Source of the DNA: Sphingomonadales bacterium
Lineage (GTDB): Bacteria; Pseudomonadota; Alphaproteobacteria; Sphingomonadales; JAKSBY01
Length of the DNA: 52,228 nucleotides
Assembly (NCBI GenBank): GCA_022360855.1
Contig: JAKSBY010000477.1
Span: forward strand, 1 to 52,228
Reading direction: 5' to 3'
The notes beneath the pieces were generated by a model. The model was not told where the DNA came from and did not search any database. It was given only the letters and a program-made list of their open reading frames with translations. Each line of letters begins with the position of its first letter. The first letter of the stretch is position 1. This document shows, piece by piece, positions 46,553-52,228 of the stretch. The translations under genes and the position numbers were made by a program.

Positions 46553-47806
46553 CTAGTGATCGTGGGACGCGCCGGATTTCTCCACGTCCGCCTTGATGAG
46601 GAAGCTATTCTCGGTGACGTAGTCCCGGCCCGGCCGGATGCCGCCGAGGACCTCGGTCCATTCGGGCGTTTGCCGGCCGAGCTTCAGCATGCGGACCTCA
46701 TAGGTCTCGCCGATCCGGGCGAAGACGACGGTGAAATCTCGGAAGCGCTGCAGCGCCGCGGTGCGCACTGCGAGCGGTACCTCCTCGCGGCCGACGACGA
46801 TGTCGCCGCCCACCGTCATGCCCGGCATCCAGCCCCCGTCAGGATTGGACAGCGGCGCGCGGGCCAGCACGGTCTGGGTTTCCAGCTCCTTGGTCGGCAG
46901 GAACGCCGCAATCCGCGTGGTTCCCGTCAGGCGGCCGTCGATAGAGCGGATTTGTACCGGCTGGCCGAGCGCGACCCGGTGCAGATCCTTGGGGAAGACA
47001 TGGAAGTCGATGCTGAGCCGCGCCGGATCGCCGACCACGAACAGCGCCGCGTTGCCGGCCACGTCGCCGACATTAGTGCGGCCTTCGAGCACGACGCCGT
47101 CCATGGGCGAAACGATATCGTAAGCCTGCAGGCTCTCATTGCTTTCCACCCGCGCCAGCCGCTCGCCGGCCGCCACGCCTTCGCCCACCGTCTTGTAGAC
47201 CGCGACCACTTGGCCGGGGAAGCGGGCCCGGAGCTCCGCCCGCGCGCCCGGCGCCAGATCGACCCGGCCGAGCACGTCGAGCGTCTCCTCGATCATGGCC
47301 GGGCCGGCGGGCGCGACCGCAACGCCGGCCGCGCGCGCCATCTCGGCAGCGATGGTGGTGCGGCCCTCGTGGGACTGATAGTCCCAGGCGAACCGGTTGC
47401 CACGGTGAGCCGCCGCGACGCGCACGTCGAAGGAGTGCGGCTCGGTGACCACGCCGTCGCCGACGAGGTAGTCGGCCTCGGGCCGGAACCGGAAACGGTC
47501 GACCGGGCCGCCGAGGCGTTCCAGCTCGATGGTCAGCTCCACCTGGGCCGGGTCCACCGGCTGGCCGTCGAGAGAGGGGTAGATGCGAAACTGGGGCGGC
47601 ACGCCGGCTTCGAAGATGGTGATTTCCAGGGCGAACGGGCCGTCGGCGAGCAGCCGCCCGCCATTGGGGCCGCGTTCGTAGTCATCATGGGCCTCCGCTT
47701 CGTGACCGTGCCCGTGTGCATGGTCCTGCTCGGCAGCATGGTCGCAGCCGGCAAGGAACGCCAGCATCAGGATGGCCAGGGCATGGGGTGTTTTACGGAT
47801 CGTCAT
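46553..47806 (-). CDS. czcB: Heavy-metal efflux RND periplasmic adaptor (membrane fusion protein), CzcB family
   Basis: 417 aa from ATG 47806, with an ATGA overlap onto the czcC stop; the ORF-track start at 48124 is rejected. Lipobox LAFLAGC. A His-rich stretch DHAHGHGHEAEAHDD and a C-terminal SHDH. HlyD-type core (..YDIVSPMDGVVLEG..). Confidence 0.85.
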   Translation of the reverse strand: MTIRKTPHALAILMLAFLAGCDHAAEQDHAHGHGHEAEAHDDYERGPNGGRLLADGPFALEITIFEAGVPPQFRIYPSLDGQPVDPAQVELTIELERLGGPVDRFRFRPEADYLVGDGVVTEPHSFDVRVAAAHRGNRFAWDYQSHEGRTTIAAEMARAAGVAVAPAGPAMIEETLDVLGRVDLAPGARAELRARFPGQVVAVYKTVGEGVAAGERLARVESNESLQAYDIVSPMDGVVLEGRTNVGDVAGNAALFVVGDPARLSIDFHVFPKDLHRVALGQPVQIRSIDGRLTGTTRIAAFLPTKELETQTVLARAPLSNPDGGWMPGMTVGGDIVVGREEVPLAVRTAALQRFRDFTVVFARIGETYEVRMLKLGRQTPEWTEVLGGIRPGRDYVTENSFLIKADVEKSGASHDH

Positions 47807-49074
47807 CGTGAGGTCTCCTCGCCGGAAACGGCGTCGTCGGAAGTCGCCAGCAGACGGTCGAGGGCCGCCTTGGCGAGATGAGAACGTTGCAGGGCCGCGA
47901 TCTCGCGGGCACGGAGGTCCTGCAGCGCCGTCTGCGCCGCCAGGACCTCCAGATAGGTGAAGGCGCCGCGCCCGTAGCCGGCGCGGGTTTCGTCCAGCGC
48001 CTTTAACGCCGTGGGCAGGATACGGTCGCGCAAGGCCGCCGCCTCGGCGCCGGCAGCACCGAGCGTGGCCAGGTGAGCCGCGACCGCGCGTTCCAGCCGC
48101 AGGCGTGCATCGCTGGTCTGCCATTGCGCCCGCCGGCGTTCCGCCGCCGCGCGGTCGATGTTGCCGCGATTGACGTCGAACAGCGCCAGCGGCAGGGAGA
48201 CCGAGACCATGGCGGCGACATCGTTCGTCGCCTCGAGCCGGCGCAGGCCGAGCCCCACGGTCGGATCCTGCTTGGCCCTGGCGCGCTCCAGCGTGAGTGC
48301 CGCAGCCGCGCGGTCCACCGCATGGCGCGCCATCAGCAAGTCCGGCGCGTTGTCCAGCCGGTCGCGAACCGCCGCCTCGTCGGCGGCCGGCACGTCAAAG
48401 AAACGCGGCCGATCGATGGCGAAGCCGTCTCCGGCCCCACCCCACAGGGCCGCCAGGTTTTGCTTCGCCAAGCCAAGCGCATGGCGTGCCTGTTCCACGT
48501 CCGCTTCCGCCTCCAGCGCGCGGGCCAGGACCCGCTGCTCCGCGGCCACCGAATCGCGGGCGCTCCGGACCCGTCGGCGCACGGTCTCTTGCAGCTCGGC
48601 GGCAATGCCCGCCCGCCGCTCGGCCGTATCGAGCACGGCGGCGACGGCCATGGCCTCCACATAGGCGCGGCGCGCCTCGAAGCTCACGTCAAGGCGGGTG
48701 AGAACCGCTTCGAGCCGTGCCAATTGCCGGTCTGCCTCGGCCAAGCCGACCCGGGCCCCGCGTTTGCCGCCGCGTTCGATACGCTGGTCGATGCCGAGCG
48801 TGAACTCGGCCCGGTCGAAGGCGCTGAACGCGCCGGAGCCAACGACGTTCTCGGCTTGTAAGGAAAGTGTCGGATTAGGCCGGAGACGGGCCTGACGCAG
48901 CGCGCCACTGGCCGCGCGGACCGCCTCGTCGCCGGCGGAGAGCGAGGGTGCGGCATCGAGCGCGCGCGCGACCGCCTCCTCCATGGTAAGAACGGTCCCA
49001 CCGTCCTGCGCCCGGGCCTGGAACACCAGGCCACATAGAAATGCGACGGCGCACACCGCGATCATGTTGTGCAT
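47803..49074 (-). CDS. czcC: Outer-membrane efflux protein (TolC/CzcC family)
   Basis: 423 aa with the signal peptide MHNMIAVCAVAFLCGLVFQARA/QD. It contains two Ala/Arg/Leu-rich coiled OEP repeats and sits at the operon position upstream of czcB. Confidence 0.85.
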   Translation of the reverse strand: MHNMIAVCAVAFLCGLVFQARAQDGGTVLTMEEAVARALDAAPSLSAGDEAVRAASGALRQARLRPNPTLSLQAENVVGSGAFSAFDRAEFTLGIDQRIERGGKRGARVGLAEADRQLARLEAVLTRLDVSFEARRAYVEAMAVAAVLDTAERRAGIAAELQETVRRRVRSARDSVAAEQRVLARALEAEADVEQARHALGLAKQNLAALWGGAGDGFAIDRPRFFDVPAADEAAVRDRLDNAPDLLMARHAVDRAAAALTLERARAKQDPTVGLGLRRLEATNDVAAMVSVSLPLALFDVNRGNIDRAAAERRRAQWQTSDARLRLERAVAAHLATLGAAGAEAAALRDRILPTALKALDETRAGYGRGAFTYLEVLAAQTALQDLRAREIAALQRSHLAKAALDRLLATSDDAVSGEETSR

Positions 49075-49155
49075 ACTCAGTCTCTCGGTAAAGGAAACAG
49101 ACCGCAGCCGAGCCCGGGATGCCCGGGCCGGTGACGGCGAAAATGTGCGAGAGAC

Positions 49156-49494
49156 TTAAGCTAGCGGTGGCGGAACCGGCGGCGGGAGACTGCGTCCGTG
49201 ATCGCGTCTGGCCCGGATCACGAAGCGATTGCCGTCGGGCACGGCCATTGCCAGCAACACGTCGCCGGAAAGGCAAGTGATATTGTGATAGTCATGGACC
49301 GACCCGTGCAGCGCGTCCAATCCGCCGTCATGGTCCGCGCCATCATGCGGCACTCCCGAATCCAGGTCGTGGGGCTCGCTATAGTGATGGGCTACTGCAT
49401 CGGCATGCGAATCCGCCGCATCCAGAACCGCCACATGGACGAACTGAAGGCTCAAAAACGAGACTACCGCAAAGATGGCCGCAATCCTGCCCAT
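49156..49494 (-). CDS. Small His/Asp-rich exported or membrane-anchored protein upstream of czcC (function unknown; candidate metal-binding accessory protein)
   Basis: 112 aa if it starts at ATG 49494 (MGRIAAIFAVVSFLSLQFVHVAVL.., one hydrophobic segment). Alternative starts exist at 49572 and 49575. A 46-aa stretch contains 9 His and 10 Asp: DAADSHADAVAHHYSEPHDLDSGVPHDGADHDGGLDALHGSVHDYH. The tail is Pro-rich (PPPVPPPLA). No strong SD. Confidence 0.5.
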   Translation of the reverse strand: MGRIAAIFAVVSFLSLQFVHVAVLDAADSHADAVAHHYSEPHDLDSGVPHDGADHDGGLDALHGSVHDYHNITCLSGDVLLAMAVPDGNRFVIRARRDHGRSLPPPVPPPLA

Positions 49495-49686
49495 GGCCGA
49501 CCCGTAATGCCTAACTACACCAGACCACAGCTTATAGCCGCCCGATTCAAGAGAATCCACCGCGACCTTCATCAAGCGCGCTTGGAGGGCCGCAGGGACG
49601 ACGGCATATGCCTGTTCACCTGCAAGCCAGCCTGCTTCACCCGGTTCTCGATTTGCCTTTTATCCAGATAATGGAGTTTTCTTTTC

Positions 49687-50191
49687 TTACCGAATGCGCT
49701 CGCCCACGGCATCCCAGATTTCAACTTCGCCGTAATCCAATGAGCGCACGCTCTCTTCGATCTTACTCAGGTCCCCGATAACGACCCAGACCAACCTCTC
49801 AGGGTCAAGCATATCCTTAGCGGTTTGACGAACTTGATCAAGGGTCACAGCAGCGAACCGCTCCCACGTAGATTGTATAAGCCCGATGGTGCGGGACGGC
49901 GAAAACAGCATTTGCCCATTTGGCAAGAATTCGCTTGACGAAATACCTGAGAATTTTGCCGTACTGGGCTTTTTCCCGCGCAGCGACGTATCGCGTATAT
50001 GGCTGCAATAACGCGATGGACCGATCTGGAAGGCCGATGCAGAGAGCTAATCCGGTCGGAGAAGGCGTCAAGACTGGCCCAAATGCTGTGAATTTTGGGG
50101 AGATCGATTCACCGTTTCGCCCGAAATCCACGACGGATTTTATTCCGACGACAAGACACCCCTCAGCCGCAGTTTTTTCCAATGAAATCAA
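49687..50191 (-). pseudogene. Fragment of an M16 (pitrilysin-family) peptidase paralogue, C-terminal end, frame-disrupted upstream
   Basis: The fragment reads AVTLDQVRQTAKDMLDPERLVWVVIGDLSKIEESVRSLDYGEVEIWDAVGERIR*. It aligns with the C-terminus of the gene at 50726: AVTLEQVNATAKELIDPGKLTWVIVGDLAKIEAGVRALDYGAVEVWDAYGDPIR*. Upstream similarity fades and switches frame; confident homology covers about 49687-49860. Confidence 0.6.
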
Positions 50192-50500
50192 TTATTTACC
50201 TTCCAGATTCGATTCCGCTCCGGCATCATGAATTTTCAACGAATCAATGGCTTAGGAAAGCGCGCAGATTACTGCACCGCAGCAGATGTCCCTGTAGCAA
50301 CCAGTTGAAAAGAGGCTGGAGGACGGTGCGTGGGCAGACGATGTTGCTTGTCATCTGTTGCCCATTGAACAGCAAATGCCCATGGCCGTGTTCTTTAGTT
50401 AGTTAGACATTCACTGAAATCTGCAGTCCTAAATGGACAGAGAACGACAACGGTCGAATGACGGGCCGTCGAAACTCAATAGAATAGCACCCCTACACAC

Positions 50501-50713
50501 TCACATCGGCTCCCAGCCGTCATTACACTCAACCAAGTTGGCGTAAACGGGTGCTGCGAGCGACGGGTCATCGGCAGTGAGCGTGCCTGCGAAGTTACCT
50601 TTCGTTACCGTGAAGGCTCCCATCGCGAGTCCTGTTCGGGAATTGGCCAGATACTGCACAACCCGTAAGAAGAGCGCCTCCGGCGATGGCTCGCCGGAGG
50701 CCAGGTCAGGCAC
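50501..50713 (-). CDS. Hypothetical small ORF immediately downstream of the M16 peptidase gene (may be a gene fragment)
   Basis: 70 codons with a GTG start 12 nt after the M16 stop. No recognisable motif (..LFLRVVQYLANSRTGLAMGAFTVTKGNFAGTLTADDPSLAAP..). Codon usage looks coding-like, but support is weak. Confidence 0.25.
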   Translation of the reverse strand: MPDLASGEPSPEALFLRVVQYLANSRTGLAMGAFTVTKGNFAGTLTADDPSLAAPVYANLVECNDGWEPM

Positions 50714-50725
50714 CAGAAGATGGGC

Positions 50726-52228
50726 TTATCGGATAGGGTCGCCATAGGCGTCCCAAACTTCGACCGCGCCATAGTCGAGCGCGCGAACGCCCGCCTCGAT
50801 CTTGGCCAGGTCGCCGACGATGACCCAGGTCAGCTTGCCCGGATCGATCAGCTCCTTCGCCGTTGCGTTGACTTGCTCCAGCGTGACGGCGCGGATGCGC
50901 GACGCAGCGCTTTCGGCATGATCGAGGGGCAGACCGAACCGGGCCGACCGCGACATGCTGGAAAGAAACGTGAATCCGGTCGAGAAGGATCCGGGAAGCG
51001 AGCGGGTGCGGTTTTCGAAGACGCGCTCCAATTCCGACGCGGTCGCCGGGCGGCTTGAGACGAACTCGGCATATTCCTTCATGATCTCCGCCATGCTTTC
51101 GGTGGTCTTGTCGGTCTGAACGCTGCCGGAAACCGCAAGCGTCTGATCCCCGCTCGGGTTCGACTGCAGCCTGGACCGCATGCCGTAGGACCAGCCCTTG
51201 TCCTCCCTCAGGTTCATATTGATCCGCGCCTCGAAGCCGCCGCCGAAGATCCTGTTCATGATATCGAGCGTGGTCGCCGCCTCAGCATCGAAGCCGGGCA
51301 GAGTGAGCCCGGCGACGATCGTGCTCTGAACCGCATTCGGCTGGTTGACCAGGATAACCCGCGGTGTGGCATCCTGGGCCTTTCCGACGGCGCGCAGCCG
51401 CGAGGCGCTTTTCGCCTTCCACTTGCCGAAGGCCTTCTCGAGCGCCGCTTCGGCGTCATCCAACTCAAGGCTGCCCACGAGATAGACGGTCATATTCTCC
51501 GGCGCGATCTCGCGGGCGTGAAAGGCGATCAGGTCATCGCGGGAAATGCTGGACACCATCTCCTTGGTCCGGATTTTGCCCAAGGGGCCTGCTGGATCAT
51601 AGACCGCGCGGTCGAAATAGTCGGATGCGTTCCGGGCCGGGTTGGTCTCGCGTCCGGCGATCGTGACCAGCCATTTGTTCCGTTCCTTCTCCAGCTCCTC
51701 TACCGGGAAAGACGGGTTCTGCACCATCTCGGCGGCAATCTTCAGCGACTCCGCAAAATGCGGCGTCAGGATCGTGTAGTTGATGAAGCTGGCCTCGCGC
51801 CCGGCGCGGATCCCGGGCCGCATGGCGATCTCATCCATTTCCGTCGCGAGTTCGGAGGCCGAGTATTTTTTAGTGCCCGAATTGAGCAAGTCGAAAACGG
51901 CCCCTGCCACGCCGACCTTGCCGTCCGTATCGGCGTTCCGGCCGGTGGCGAACTCGATACCGACATTGACCAGCGGCAGCGACCCGTGCTTGGCGAACAC
52001 GAGCTTGGCGCCGTTGGAAAGCACGCGGGTCTCGATCTCGGGAAAGCTGAAATCCGACACATTGCCGACCGCCGGAATCTTCGACCGGTCAACGGTCGGT
52101 TCCGCCGAGGTCAGCGCAGGAAAGGGCAGAACGGTCAGCTCGTAGTAGCCGCGGGTCAGCCACTCTTCCGCCACGCTGCGCACCTCCGCCGCCGTGGCCG
52201 CATTCAGCCAGCCGAGCTCTTTCTTGTA
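50726..52228 (-). CDS. M16 family zinc peptidase, large two-unit type; 5' end lies beyond the window
   Basis: The frame stays open past the ORF-track GTG (52183) to the window edge (..YKKELGWLNAATAAEVRSVAEEWLTRGYYELTVLPF..). This is the end of one M16 unit, followed by a complete second N/C domain pair (..RVLSNGAKLVFAKHGSLPLVNVGIEF..). Confidence 0.85.
   Translation of the reverse strand, partial: YKKELGWLNAATAAEVRSVAEEWLTRGYYELTVLPFPALTSAEPTVDRSKIPAVGNVSDFSFPEIETRVLSNGAKLVFAKHGSLPLVNVGIEFATGRNADTDGKVGVAGAVFDLLNSGTKKYSASELATEMDEIAMRPGIRAGREASFINYTILTPHFAESLKIAAEMVQNPSFPVEELEKERNKWLVTIAGRETNPARNASDYFDRAVYDPAGPLGKIRTKEMVSSISRDDLIAFHAREIAPENMTVYLVGSLELDDAEAALEKAFGKWKAKSASRLRAVGKAQDATPRVILVNQPNAVQSTIVAGLTLPGFDAEAATTLDIMNRIFGGGFEARINMNLREDKGWSYGMRSRLQSNPSGDQTLAVSGSVQTDKTTESMAEIMKEYAEFVSSRPATASELERVFENRTRSLPGSFSTGFTFLSSMSRSARFGLPLDHAESAASRIRAVTLEQVNATAKELIDPGKLTWVIVGDLAKIEAGVRALDYGAVEVWDAYGDPIR

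Overview
High-GC DNA (about 60% by eye; the czc block looks richer), most likely alphaproteobacterial accessory or catabolic sequence. Nearly all genes are on the minus strand. I found no rRNA, tRNA, CRISPR array, transposase or integrase.

Contents in order:
1. 1-3205: a decayed left edge. It holds an incoming CDS end, an MFS remnant with two frameshifts, a GST, an N-terminally truncated SDR, and an enoyl-CoA hydratase whose 3-hydroxyacyl-CoA dehydrogenase half is deleted.
2. 3230-15286: catabolic locus 1. It encodes a TonB-dependent receptor, an MFS permease, a FrsA-like alpha/beta hydrolase, a hydantoinase/oxoprolinase A+B pair and an SDR. Upstream sit a BKACE (DUF849) plus SDR pair and a divergent XRE-cupin regulator.
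3. 15926-25928: a complete, already known N-methylglutamate methylamine pathway operon (mgsABC-gmaS-mgdABCD-purU) with its own divergent XRE-cupin regulator.
4. 26696-39593: catabolic locus 2, my best candidate for an undescribed system. It is a 9-gene operon: a HyuA/HyuB pair, a TonB receptor, a C45 Ntn-hydrolase, a Cys-triad isochorismatase-fold amidohydrolase, a CitE-like acyl-CoA lyase, a MaoC hydratase, an acyl-CoA dehydrogenase and a family III CoA-transferase. A GntR/UTRA regulator is divergent.
5. 39609-43016: a second CoA-transferase, an alpha/beta hydrolase that appears to lack its nucleophile, a truncated Baeyer-Villiger monooxygenase and a formylglycine-generating-enzyme remnant.
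6. 43105-49494: a GC-rich czcCBA heavy-metal efflux block with a His/Asp-rich small protein. It has a REP-like hairpin cluster between czcB and czcA, and an apparent in-frame loss of TM7 in czcA.
7. 49687-52228: an M16 peptidase fragment, then a larger M16 peptidase running off the window.

Two recurrent intergenic DNA motifs stand out. AAAAGTTCGAA(CTTTT) occurs four times. A TTACG(T/G)ATC(C/G)GTAAGTCAAG promoter/operator block occurs twice. Together they suggest regulons linking these loci.

All functional calls are family-level assignments from motif and sequence recognition by eye. No database search was run.
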